Positions 24,109-37,023 of a DNA stretch of 64,000 bases are shown piece after piece. The notes under the pieces are model-generated. The model worked only from the letters and a program-made list of their open reading frames with translations, had not been told where the DNA came from and searched no databases. The stretch is from Mytilus californianus (lineage: Eukaryota). Numbering within the stretch: position 1 is the stretch's first letter; each line of letters begins with the position of its first letter. The stretch covers positions 124,682,001 to 124,746,000 of the forward strand of contig NW_026262581.1 in assembly GCF_021869535.1 (NCBI RefSeq), written 5' to 3'. The position numbers and the translations under genes were made by a program.

Positions 24109-25235
24109 GTGGAACTGCAGATATATCAATCAATGAAGTTACAAAAGAACAACATATGAAAACTATTGACAGAGCTAGTGGAGGAGATTGGGGAGGAACT
24201 AATATAGATAAAAAATACTTAAAATTTTTAGAAGAAGTTCTGGGGAATAATATAATGGAGGAAATTAGGAGAGATTATAGAAGTGATTTGTTAGAAATTC
24301 AACAGGATTTTGAAGAACAGAAACGAAAAGTAACACCGGATCGCGATCATGATGTCGTTATTCGTATGCCAGGTGGGGTAATGGAAGTTATTCGGAACAA
24401 AAAGCAAAAGCTGGCCGATATTGTGGAGTCATCTCCACATGCAAGTACGGTGTCAGTTAAGGAAAACCAGAGAGACAGGCTACATATCAAAGCTCGCATC
24501 TTTATTAGCTTCTTTAAGGAAACTACTCAACACATTATATCTCATTTACAGCAAGTTCTAGACAACAGACATTTAGGACATATTCCACCTGCTATGGTCA
24601 TGGTTGGAGGATTTTCAGAATCAGTAATAGTCACAGATGCTATTCGGAATCACGAATCTTTTCAAAATATTAAGGTTATTATTCCCACTGAGGCAAGACT
24701 TGCTGTACTGAAAGGAGCCGTTTTATTCGGACATAATCCAACTGTGGTCATATCAAGAATGGCGAAATATTCCTATGGCATTCGATCTTACAGGACTTTC
24801 AAAAAAGGCGACCCGGACGAGAAAAGGCTCAAAGAGGAAGGAAAAGATTGGTGCAGAGATTATTTCAAAAAATTATTCACAATCAACCAAGAAGTGACAG
24901 TTGGTGAGAAAAGTGCAGTTACAATCAAAGATTCATACAAAGATAAAAACAGACAGGCCAAACGAACAATGAAGCATACACTTGATCTGTACTTCACCAC
25001 TGAGAAGGATCCTAATTTTGTTGATGAAAAAGGCTGTATGAAATTGGGACAAGTGCAGATTCCACCACCAGATGGAAAAGAATGGCCAATGGAATGGACA
25101 GGAGATTTTGAACTCGAAATTGGTGGTACAGAAATAATTGGCCGTTTTAAGGACAGAAAGTCGGGAAAAACAGTCATAGCTTCATTTAATGCGTTCGGAG
25201 TACCATTCCATTACAATACACCAAAAGCTATGTAA
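24109..25235 (+). CDS. HSPA12: HSPA12-like paralogue 3, coding exon 4 (terminal)
   Basis: gcttcag|GTGGAACT completes DLGG/GTAD. Contains GGDWGG, MVMVGGFSES and LAVLKGAVLFG. Full gene is 1803 nt, 600 aa. Confidence 0.95.
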
Positions 25236-26289
25236 TGACTGCTATTGACGCAAACCTATGTTTTGTGTTAGAATATTCAATTTTATTTTGTATGACATAG
25301 ACATACTATGACTGATAAACATTTCAAAAAAGAAAGACGCGATGTTTTAAATGAATATAGGGGTATGAACAGTAGGTTTATTCACATTATATGAGGGTCT
25401 GAATGGGTTTTTATAGAATAAAGATTAATGGACCAATACTGCAGAAAAAAAGAGACCAAAGACAATAAAGAATAAAGAAAAATAGGCAAAGAAAATCAAG
25501 AATAGAGAATAATGTTGTGATAAAATACAAAGAATGGAGAATGATAGGCAATATCCAAACAGAATGTAGAAAAATGGTTTAAAAAATTATTGAATAATAC
25601 AGAACTAAAGTACCCTATCCAGAGCCTCTAATATGATTTGTGTTATGATTTTCGTGTATGAAAATAAAACCAAAAATTCATAAACATAAGTCAAATTTTA
25701 TCTTTCACTTTTTCATTTCGTTAAAACATATATATTTCGGTACATTTCTAATTACATTTCAGATAAAACACCAAAACTTATTTAAACGAGTGCTGTTCAA
25801 AGGATGTTTTACATGTTTAAAGCTCGTTACCTACCCTTCCTAAATTCAAAGAAGACAGAAAACTAACTTTACGCATTTTTAATGAAAATTCACTTAATGC
25901 TGAGTCTATAACAAGTACGAGCTTCTATAAAACGAAGCTGCATATACGGTATAAATATTATTGACTTATAACTAGTCAGGTGTGTGAAAACTTCACCCGT
26001 TCTTCAACTGTAGGTTTCGATTTGGAAAATATTACATTGAAAAAAATGAAAATAATAATAATAATGATAACAAGTTGCAAAGAGAGTTTTCGAAGGATTC
26101 TACTAGGTGACAAGGTAACAGCACCGTTCTGAAAAGGGGATATTTGTTGTAATAATTTTTATTTGGAATATATGAAATTTTACCAAAATCGATCAGTGCA
26201 AAACGGAAAATTATAGTCAAGAGGCCCGAATCTATGCACAAAAATAATCTTTGTACACTATAGAAGTAAAAAAAAATTGTAGACTCATA

Positions 26290-26700
26290 GTCAGATTGCG
26301 TTCGTCAAATATCCCAACAGCGCCGACATATGGAGTATATATTTCCTACTTATATACGATATTCCATAGCTTGCATTTTCTATCAAGATTCCCTTTATAT
26401 AGGAATGCTGGTTACAATGAAACTATTGAACTAAATGTTCCTAGTAGTAAATTTGAAGTCAGCCTTTTAAAAAATTTATGACTGCCATCATGAATTGGTT
26501 GACCGTTATGTAACATCACCGAATGAGACATTTTACCGAATTTATTCCTGCCATGTGCTTACCCTTCCGGGGCGATTGTTATCATCTTCGGTTTTTAGTG
26601 AGTTCATGTTGCTCAGTCTTCATTTTTTTATGTGATGGTTTTGTGGACTGCAGATGGTCTTTTCGTCGTTATTCGTTTTTTCCCCTTGTATCGTAGGTTT
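26290..26700 (+). mobile_element. Penelope-like RT C-terminal remnant plus 3' UTR
   Basis: SSNIPTAPTYGVYIS...RYSIAC...YDCHHELVDRY across frameshifts, then TGCTTACCCTTCCGGGGC and a T-rich tail. Confidence 0.7.
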
Positions 26701-26711
26701 TTCTTTGATTA

Positions 26712-28435
26712 TTAGGTCTTTCCAATATTTTGTGAAAAGACCTATTGTATTTGTTCTGATTATTTTTTTTCTTCTTCCGCCAAATTTCAAAATTTGTTTT
26801 GTGGTTTCGCAAGATGTCGGTTGGATGTTTGCATATGATATCGAACAGTTATTGCGCTTTTGAGTCGGACCCTGTTTAGTCGAAGACTTTTTATTGTATG
26901 AGTTATCTCCCCAAACACTGTTTCTTTGTGGTGAGATCTCTTCCGTAACCGTAAAAGAAAGCGACAAATTTATTTTACTAAATTGCTCGTTATATCCTCA
27001 GGATGATTTGTCAAATTTTAACCGAATCTATTCGTAGACTCAAGATGACAGTTATTTCCCCTTTTGAATTCGACATAAGTGATATGTCAATGTATCACAT
27101 GAATGGTAAGTAATACAGACCTAAGGTACGTGTATTTGAGGTCCTGGGTTCATAAAAATAAATTTGAGGTCAAGGTCAAAGGTCAAAGTCATGTTCTAAA
27201 TTTTGTGTGACTTTGCATTGTTCCGATATCTCCTCCGTAACCGTAAAAGAAAGCGACAAATTTAGTGGACTAAATTGCTCGTTATATCCTAAAGATGATT
27301 TGTCAAATCTCACCGAATCAATTTGTAGACTCTATATGACAGTTATTTCCCCTTTTGAATTTGACATAAGTGATATGTCAATGTATCACATGAATGGTAA
27401 GTAATACAGACCTAAGGTACGTGTATTTGAGGTCCTGGGTTCATAAAAATAAATTTGAGGTCAAGGTCAAAGGTCAAGGCCATGTTCTAAATTTTGACTT
27501 TTCATTGTTCCGAGATCTCCTCCGTAACCGTAAAAGAAAGCAACAAATTTATTTTACTAAATTGCTCGTTATATCCTAAGGATGATTTGTCAATTTTAAC
27601 CGAATCAATTCGTAGACTCAATATGACAGTTATTTCCCCTTTTGAATTTGACATAAGTGATATGTCAATGTATCACATGAATGGTAAGTAATACAGACCT
27701 AAGGTATGTGTATTTGAGGTCCTGGGTTCATAAAAATAAATTTGAGGTCAAGGTCAAAGGTCATTTTCTAAATTTTGATTTTGGCTTATTCTCGCTTCTT
27801 TTCATAAACCGTACAAGATATCGACAACATGTTTTTATTAAATTGTCATTCTCGACATGTCGTAACTCATAAATTTTGGTTGAAAGGGTACGTAGAATTA
27901 TGCATAAAGTGATATAACTCATTAACCATACATATTAAAGACCTAGGGTCTTTTGGTTTGAGGTCCTTGATTTATGACCTTGAAATTGAGGTCAAGGTTA
28001 TAGGTTAATTTGACGTTCTAGATTTTGACCTTTGCTTTAAATTCATATTTATACATCATAAAACCATATTACTTTGTGAGTTAGGTTACAAGCCATATGA
28101 CTTTGAAAAAGCAAACCGGAAGTGGCTATCTTTTTACTTCTTTTATGTAAAAGTATATAGAACAATGTTTTTTTGAAAGCAGTGTCAAATAAACTATCAA
28201 ATAATACCGGAAGTGACATTTTTCAGACAGGAAGTAACAAATTACCGCCCTTTTTTCAAAGAAAATTGTAAAGAAACCATATATTTTTCGAATCAGCAAA
28301 TAATTAGCTATCATTTGACATTGGAAATGACATTTTAAACCGAATTTTCATATTTTCATATTATTTTCATTTCAAAATAAATCCTAAGAAGTGGAAAGAC
28401 CTTCAATTGTTCTCTGAACAATTGGTTTTTAATTG
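26712..28435 (+). mobile_element. Helentron-associated (HINE-like) non-autonomous element with ~290-bp internal tandem array (~3 copies)
   Basis: 5' inverted pair TAGGTCTTT...AAAGACCTA followed by a TTC/TTA-rich tract. Repeat units start at 26943, 27235 and 27522. The 3' subTIR GGAAAGACCT (28393) is followed by a perfect 9-bp hairpin CAATTGTTC-tct-GAACAATTG (28404-28424). Confidence 0.75.
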
Positions 28436-31268
28436 TTCCTTTTGTTTCTTCTGTTTATTTTTCTAGGCACTAAAGTAGAAAGTCGTATTCAAATGTAAAA
28501 ACAAAATATAAAAACTTTTATGGGAGTTGTATAGTGAGCAGGATACACATACCATTCAAAAGTCTCTGGTACCACTTCTGTTTTATGGGGGTTCATATTT
28601 CTAATACTTAAATTATCAGTGCTGTCTCCCAATTAAATATGTGCGTGACTTTTGAATTTATATTTAATGCTTCTTGTCTATTTTTGGTGTGAGTGGGAAC
28701 ATGGATTGGGTTCATCATTTCTGAGTTGAGGAAAGCTGTTTCTTAAAATCAAACAGTTTTTCAATTTTTTTTTTAGATTTTAAAGTTGCACACCTTTTTA
28801 AAACTTTCGAGTCATAATCTCCTATGGACTATATTTGAAATACATGCCGCATGATATTTTGGGGAAAATAAGGTACAGATCAAGAAATTGCCACACTACC
28901 CCTTCTCCTGTCCCCAAAAAACGAAAGAATGCATATTTGTAAAGAACGATCTTATAATTTCTAAGTTTCATTCTTAATTTTTGGAAGGAACAGATCCCTC
29001 AAAACTCCATTCGCTTATGAGTGACTTGAAAGGAGGAAATCGCACAAGTCTTTCCTGTTTTACTGTTTATCATTCCATCGGTTTAAGTTTGTCATTCGCC
29101 AAAATTTTGATTTAAAAAAAAAGAATACACTGAACCGTTACGGCAAACGTTTTGAAAAGATAAAACCAACTCTGACCTTTTGATTGCTTAAAGTGTATTC
29201 CTTTGAAGGATAATTTCCTAAATTCCAAGAAATTTGTTCTCAAATTACTTGGATCGTCAATTCCGTTAGGCGTATTATATTTCCTTATATTAACAGAAAG
29301 ATCAAATCAAGTGAAGTGGAAAATGTGAATTTCTTTTCTGGCATAATTCTTCATTATGTCCATTTACACACAAATGTAGATAAAAAAAGACGACTGAATG
29401 TATAATACATATCCACTTTTCATGAAAAGAAGTATAACTCTATTTTAAACTAAATGACTAAAAATTGCATACAAAGTTTGGTGTACAATGGTCTAAATGG
29501 TGTGTTAAGTCAAAAATATTTAAGCTTTGTAGTACAATTTTAAAATAGGAGTAAAACAGTGTTTGTTAAATGAAATACAAAATAAATTGTATTGTCCTCC
29601 AGGCATCATCTACCTCATCCAGCCATTGCATTTTGGACAGCTTCATCGGTTAAATGAGCGATTGCATTAACGAATTTTCTAACTTCCTTGAGAAATGCAT
29701 TATTATGCCACCTTTTCAATGCTTAGACTTAAACTTTCAGTGAGATGATAATTTTTTTTTTGCTCCGTGTTGAAGGCCTCACTGTGACAGCAATAATTGC
29801 TCTGTTCCTTTGCTTTTTGTGTTTTTTTTTTCTGTTCATGTACTGATTTTGTGTCATGGATGGATACCCAATATCCTTTCTTTTGTATTGGAGTATGAGA
29901 ACATAAAATTGATGATAATGTTTATATGTTTGTGCCATAAATTGTGGCATTGACAGCCTCGTAAGCAGAGCCCAGTATACCATCATAATATTTTCAAAAA
30001 TTTCGTCCGTGTCATTTTGGGTCAATTATCTGGTAACATGATTTGCTGACTTTGGTGCCTAGTGAAACAAAAAACCTAATATTTGCTTTAGAAAGTTTTT
30101 TTGTTTGGAACTCGTCCATTTTACATCTGAAGAGTGTTGGAAAACGTTATCATTTATCACGTGTTCTCGCCTTTTCGCATTTGATTGTGACGTTGCGCAC
30201 GGTATTGGTACCACTGAGCGTTACACGACGTTCCAAAATCAAACGGGGATGTTGACGTTGTTCCAAAGAACGTTTTAAGCGTACGAGCTTTTAACTAATG
30301 TGATAATTCCGCTTAAAATGACCATAGAATTTACATTCTTCTATTAAGTATTCAGTTTGCAAAGATTTTCGAAGTTGATTCAATATATTTTTTCATTTTT
30401 CCAAGCTGGGGTTTGCATTAATAAATGCAATTGTTTCCATTTCCCGGCATAGAATTAAACAAATATTTAAACACACAATTTTGTGTCAATCTGAAACTTT
30501 AAAACTTATTTTGATACTATGAGTGAAAAAATGCAGGGAAAACATACACTGCTATCTCTTTACTCTAAGGACGAGGGTGCTTCTAACATATCAAAATGAA
30601 TCATGGTCTTCGTTTATAACATTCGATGTCTTACTTTCTTCATTTTCTTTTACTATTTGTGTATTATCAGTTTCTTTTTCTTCTTTTTTAATTTAGTAAT
30701 CTGATCTCTTTGCCGTAAAACTTCTTCAATATTGCTTGTGAAATTATTAATATTTGTTTCTTGTTTCTGACTCTTCCCCCTATTATACTTTTCTTTTTGT
30801 CACGTTGTTATTTGGTAATTTCTCTCCCTCAATTTTTCTTTTTTCAATTTACGCTAAATTTCTTAATTTGATTATTTGAAAGATGTTCATAAACGATTAG
30901 GGGGGGGGGGGGGGTGTGCCCGTGCCACCCCTTATGGAGCTACATTTATGGTTAATGTAGACTTTTTACCTGTTCCACTCCTAAGGTTTCTAGTTTCGGG
31001 ACCCCCAGGCCCCCTCTTTTTCAAAATCCTGGATCCGCATCTATCACATTTTAACACTTTATTAATAAGATGTTCATTGTACTAATTTTTTTTCATAAAA
31101 TGTGGCGTATACTAATATTTCATACATTTTATCGGGGTTATCTCGAACAAATAATCATCATCATATACTAGTATGTATTAGTTCACGATCTTAACATCAA
31201 CTACGATTTTGAAGAAATTGTAAAAAATGGCAATGTTTTTTGAAAAATCCCTAACGAAAAACTTTATA

Positions 31269-32022
31269 AACAAGCATTCTGAGAGAATGGCATGGCAATA
31301 CATAGTCCCCTACCGGTTAAAAATCCATGGTTCTTGAACAAAATACTAACTCGATCTATAACTTGTCATGATGTAAACTTTATAACAAATGTCAAATCAA
31401 TATCTTCAACATGTTCAAGCATAACAAAATAAGTGTGGAAAACTGATTATTTGAGTGAATTTTCTAAATCCAAGGATCATAACTCTGCCAAAAAAAAAAA
31501 TCATCCGAACTGAACCAAATTTGAACTTGATCTGTAACTTGACATGGTAAAACTATATACTAAATATCAAATCAATATCTTCAAGCATGACAAAAAAAGT
31601 GCAGAAAACTGATTGCTTTCGTGAATTTTCTAAGTCCAAGGACCATAACTCCGCACAAAATCATCAGACCGGAACAAAATTCGATTTTGATCTGTAACTA
31701 GTCATGATAAAACTATATACCAAAAATCAAATCAATATCTTTAAGCATGACCAAAAAAAAGTGCGGAAAATTGATGACTTGCGTGAATTTTCTAAGTCCA
31801 AGGGCATAACTCCGCACAAAATCATCAAACCGCAACAAAATTGAAACTTGAACTGTAACTAGTCATGATGAAACTATATCCCAAATATCAAATCAATATC
31901 TTCAAGCACGAAGAAAAAGAGTGCGGAAAACTGATTTGCCGGACTGACGGATGGACAGACCGACAGACAGACGGACGGAGTGCAAACCTAAAGTACCCTT
32001 CGACTTCGTCGGCAGGGGACTA
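31269..32022 (-). mobile_element. HINE-like element with 162-166-bp internal tandem array
   Basis: Inverted subterminal repeats TAGTCCCCTACCG (31303) and CGGCAGGGGACTA (32010). Hairpins CGAC-ttc-GTCG and CATTCT-gag-AGAATG. (GACA/GACG)n microsatellite at ~31945-31980. TCCAAGG-anchored units at 31469, 31635 and 31797. Confidence 0.8.
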
Positions 32023-32958
32023 AATATGGATACAGTTTGAAATAAAAATACGTATTCTTTGCTGCCATTGTTAACTTTCAATATTTTAACGTAGATTGGG
32101 GTCTAAATTTATTTTTTTTGCAGATAGCTGCAGATGATCGGTTCTAAATTTTTACTATTATTATTAGCAAATTTGATGCAGAAATGATATTAATTTGTGA
32201 GCTTTTCATTTCAATAAAAAAAATGGTTACATCTTTTTGCATTTAAAAAGAAAATGTTTTCATTGATTAAAATTTTTAAATCATGATTGTTTTATCAGAC
32301 AAATAATTCAGAAAATTTATTTTATAAAGAAATGTAGAAGTAATTTACATATTTTGTGATTAAGTAAGAAAACGAATACGGGGGTTCCGTTTTGTTTTTT
32401 GCTTTCGGAAAACACATTATAAGAGCTATCTTCTCATATATATATTATTTAAAACTCTATCGTTTAGTTTTTTCTTCTTCATATTTTCTTCACATTAATG
32501 TACCTTTTCCAAGTATAATCCTTACAAAATCTGATAATTTTCACAAACTTAAACTTTAAAACAGGTTGGTGATCCATACTTTTTATTATGTTTTTTTTAA
32601 ATTATAGCATTTTGGCAAAGTATGGAAAGCTCTACCCCTTTTTATATAGACCCAAATTCATCAAACAACTATTTGATTAACAACAGGCAGAAATCCGATT
32701 TTAAAAAAAATCCTTATTTTTTGCGAATAGATATATACTTTTTAAGTTACTGCTTTTGTAAATATATACATCATCATGAATCATTATTTTTTCTTAAAGG
32801 AAGTTCTATGGACCAGGAAAGTACTTTTATACTATAAATTCTTTTTGTTTTCGAGCTGCCAATTTCAACAAATAGTAGGGTATCGGTTTACACTAAATTT
32901 CCTTTGACATTTTTAGACCGTTTTCAAACGGGTTATTTTCGGGTTTTCGGTTTCAGTG

Positions 32959-33241
32959 TTTTTATGCCCTACCAAGGGGCATTATGTTTTTCGGTCTGTG
33001 CGTCCGTTCGTCCGTCCGTTCGGCCGCCCGTCCGTCCGTCCGTCTGTCCCGCTTCAGGTTAAAGTTTTTGGTCAAGGTAGTTTTTGATGAAGTTGAAGTC
33101 CAATCAACTTGAAACTTAGTACACATGTTCCCTATGATTTTAATGCCAAATTAGAGTTTTGACCCCAATTTCACGGTCTACTAAACATAGAAAATCTGTA
33201 GTGCGAGTGGGACATCCGTGTACTATGGACACATTCTTGTT
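32959..33241 (+). mobile_element. Short HINE/pearl-like element with (GTCC)n microsatellite
   Basis: TTTTTATGCCC...GGGGCAT start, CGTCCGTT repeats, and a 3' GG(A/G)CATCCGTGTACTATGGACACATTCTTGTT end. A near-identical copy lies at 36760-37023. Confidence 0.8.
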
Positions 33242-33359
33242 GATTTTGTCTTATCAAGTATAAAAATCAATAGTTCAGTCATGTTTTGTGACGTTCTGCG
33301 AAGATAAAAAGAAAGATCTACTATACATTTAAATTGAACATTTCCGCTCAGCAGATTGG

Positions 33360-33480
33360 TTGATTGGTTTTTTTTTTTTTTTTGTGGTTAACGCCACATT
33401 TAGCACTATTGGATATTTCATGTTGTTCAGTTTTAATTGGTGGAGGAAGCCGGAATGCTCGGAGAGAACCACCGAACCCA
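33360..33480 (-). mobile_element. tRNA-derived SINE remnant with V-domain-like core
   Basis: Minus strand reads GGTTCTCTCCGAGCATTCCGGCTTCCTCCACCAATTAAAACTG...GTGGCGTTAACCAC, resembling the V-SINE central domain (recognised from memory). Confidence 0.5.
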
Positions 33481-35899
33481 CACAGCAGACATTTTGTGGT
33501 TGATTTAGTGGTAATAAAGAGGAAAATATGATGTCAATTTATTATACATACAGTGTGTTCAATATAGTATATTTATGAGAATTTGATATTTTCTCTTACT
33601 TTTTCTATCGATTGGTTATACATGCAAAGAATATTGAACTTCCAGCAAAATATACGCTTTCAAAAAATATAGACTGAAAGGAATTTTGGAAGATGAGTGG
33701 AAGATTGCATGGTGACTTTTTTTTCGAAACGGAGCTAAATCTAGGTTAAAAGGTACTTCGGTGTGTCTGTAAATTAATACACTGGAGCCTGCTAAATGTT
33801 TGTGTGCAATCCATCATATTTTTCGGACGGACAACTATTACCCTAACACATATTTGCTTTTTCTCTCTCTCAATTTAATGTAAAAGAAAAGTTTCAATTA
33901 AAATTTTTAACTCGTCGAATCGCATGCCTATGTAGCAGGCGTTCTGTTTGAGATTCGAGACAACAAACTCCATTCTGCCACACATTACTTCTAGAAGTAA
34001 TAAACTTTTTTTTTCATAGTAAACAGTAAACACAAGCGACTCATTTCACAGATAATCTTACGAGACTGACCATATGTAAACTTGTCTCACTTTTATGGCC
34101 CTGGAGCACGATTATCGCACTTAGACTAGTAAATCAACCAATCAAAATACTGATGTTTTGAGCAGAAAATGTGTACTCCGAGTTAAGTTTTATGACAGAG
34201 AGCCCTGATTTCTGAGTCTGAGTACGATAAGAAAGTTTTATGACCGCAAGGCCTGTTCTTTATTACGGAGTATCCGAGTTAAATATTTCGCCATCTTTAA
34301 TTATTTATACAATGCAGATCTACTTAGATGCATATTAAACAAGAACTTTATTTAATATAGATCAGACTATTTCATGTAATTAATTGTATGTCAATTATGC
34401 AAGAAAAGTCATGTACAGTTTAGCGTTATCATGACGTGAACGTCAAATTACAGTGATGGGGACATGTCATTGGACATCTAAGATGGTTTCGTATTTTCTA
34501 CCAGCAACTCAAACAAAAGTATATATCATATCATTTTAGAGGAAATTAAATGTATTTTCCATTCATACCAGTTAAAAGGTGATAACAATTGGAGATCAAG
34601 TAAAATTTTGTTTAAAAAACAGCCTCCGAATTATTTTATGTATCATTTTGTCCATCGGGACATTTTATTGGACACGGGAAAACTGACGATGTTTTGAAAG
34701 TAAGACCACAGTTATATATTGATGACTCCAAATACGTTCTTTAGGACATGTATAAATTTTCTGATATCAGTAAAAGCCACTTACATCTGTTATATCTTAT
34801 AATAGTGAAGGCAAAAAGTTTTTATAGGAGCTGAGCAGCTAAATGGGACATTTTTTCTCTTCCTTATCTCAGCGCTTCTGACAATCTTCTTTCACTCACA
34901 GTTAAAAACGCCTATGACACCATTTTTCGTCAATAGTATACAATCATGTTGTAAAGTTTTATCACATTTAACCTACTAATTAATCCGAACCGTGATTTCA
35001 AAGACGCTCAAAAAACAAAATTGTAACAGCGGGACAACCTTTAAATGACGTTATGGGCATCAAAATGAGCAAAATTTTCTTTACAAAATATACAAAGCAC
35101 AAAATGATCTATTTCATTGATTTTTTTGGTTTCTTTCCTTTCGAATGATATGCAGAACATGGATATTTATTGTGTAGAAAAAGAGCTTGAATTGGAATAA
35201 CCCGCTATCTGTCGCATTTTTTCAAAGAGACACCAATACCGTGCGCAACGTCTTACTCTTTCAATAGTCTGCATTCTATGCTATAAATATTATGGTAGTG
35301 TTTGTAGCGATCATTTATATACCAGAATCTTTTGATACCTCTCGCATGAATGTTTTAACAATAGCTTCAGAAATTAGTTCTCTATATTTTTGTAGCTTTT
35401 CGAGAAAGTGACAAAAATGGATACCAGTTTCTCCATTTGAAAGGAACTATCCCATAAAGGGTCATCCATTTGGCTGTATATGGGATGTGCAAATACTCAA
35501 CCACGTCCGTGGGAACGTTAAATCCGAGGTTTCGTGTAGGGAAAATGCCACTCTCCGTGTACTTATAAGAGCCCTTACAAAACCTTCGAGTATTCCATCT
35601 GTGACCTTTTGCAAATCGAAAGTTTGCCCCTATCCAACGAACCCTAATTTTCGAGTGGGCGTTAAAAATTTCCACCGTCCATTCCGCTCGACCCACTTTA
35701 CAGAGCCCACCATTTATGTTTATTGTTCATTTATTATTGTCCTGAACATTCCCTAAATTTAAGCAAACAAGTATCAATCAATTTACTAGTGTATTTGTGG
35801 CATGGTATAATAAGCCCCTCCAGTGTAAAACATCAGCATAAAATTTATCAGCTGCCGGCTGACATTTTAATAGATCTCTTTTAAGTAATCCTTCATCAA

Positions 35900-36472
35900 A
35901 CAAAAACAATCTTACTGACCCCTTTTTTTTTTGGTCATACAAATGATTGACAGATACTCTATCAAGTCAGTTGACTTGTTTGAATTTCCACAAGTCATTT
36001 CCGTCCTACACAATATAATAATTATAATGATTATTTAAGCAAAAATATCTTCAAGGTCTATAAAATGAAGTCAAGACGGATCTTTACTGAATTTTGTCAT
36101 ATACTTTGATTCATAACAATACAGTAAAGATCCGCTATTAAAGGAGTACAAATGGTGCCCATATGAATACCTACAACCTGTTGCTAAACTTTATTGCCGA
36201 AATGTACATAGATCTTATCAACACTAGAATTAACAGCTTTTGTCAATTCATCATAAGATTTTTCGATGGACCATTTGAGAAACTCTGTTTTATAAGATTT
36301 TGTTGACGTGTAGAGATCCGAAAAGTTAAGTGAAATCAAAAGACCATCAAAAGCACTTAAGTTATCTAAAACATCCGAAGTGTTGTTCCCGCTCCAAAAA
36401 TAATGAATGCCATTATTTTCATATGACATATTCAACAATATGATTGTAAGTTCTTCGATAGTAGTCAGGGAA
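35900..36472 (-). mobile_element. Penelope-like (Naiad-type) RT fragment, a second lineage
   Basis: ORF 36184-36438 (HYFWSGNNTSDVLD...LNFSDLYT...VDKIYVHFGNKV) continues past a stop into QQVVGIHMGTICTPLIADL, the GIPMGTNCAP motif region. Confidence 0.75.
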
Positions 36473-36759
36473 CTAGTTGAAAAGACAGAAAATTGGTACT
36501 AGAAAAAAACATTTATTAAACGCCGAGATGGAACGAACTTAGACATTTCTGTTTAGTTTAGGTGGCCAATACACATGTCACTTGAAAATATTCAGAGGAT
36601 ACCTTATACTGAGATGTGGGCAGTGACACTGATACTTTTGTTTAAAATTTACTCATCGCGGAGCGTGCGGTATTGAATCTAAAAGAAATTATAATTTCAT
36701 TCTTAAGAATTTCCGTGTAGAATTTTCGTCATACCACTACACATTGCTGGCTGCTTTGT

Positions 36760-36781
36760 CGGTCTGTGCGTCCGTTCGTTC

Positions 36782-36812
<31 letters not shown>

Positions 36813-37023
36813 TGTCTCCCGCTTCAGGTTAAAGTTTTTGGTCATGGTAGTTTTTGATGAAGTTGAAGTCCAATCAACTTGAAACTTAGTACACATGTTC
36901 CCTATGATATGATCTTTCTAATTTAAGTGCCAAATTAGAGTTTTGACCCTAATTTCACGGTCCACTGTACATAGAAAATGATAGTGCGAGTTGGGCATCC
37001 GTGTACTATGGACACATTCTTGT
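36760..37023 (+). mobile_element. Second, 5'-truncated copy of the 32959-33241 element
   Basis: Direct sequence match from GGTCTGTGCGTCCG to GGACACATTCTTGTT. It retains ~14 bp that is deleted in the other copy. Confidence 0.85.

Noticed and set aside
2522-25177. Antisense ORFs overlapping HSPA12 exons (e.g. 2522-2743, 7237-7560, 14341-14625, 16861-17196, 21890-22126, 24860-25177)
   Set aside because: These are shadow frames of real coding exons and carry no recognisable motifs.
29590-30040. Broken minus-strand peptides (GCQCH, RWHNN) hinting at a MULE transposase
   Set aside because: Multiple stops, an intervening repeat and only 4-5-residue resemblances. Needs tBLASTn/HMM confirmation.
30900-30914. 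G15 run (also the C-rich tract ~44686-44707 and T24 at ~56806) as G-quadruplex or regulatory elements
   Set aside because: Simple homopolymers associated with repeats, with no evidence of function.
35382-35756. Overlapping 104-aa and 89-aa ORFs in a GC-richer patch
   Set aside because: No protein motif was recognised. The DNA looks like a SINE-type remnant (TTAAATCCGAGG...GTG...AAGAGCCC), too weak to annotate.
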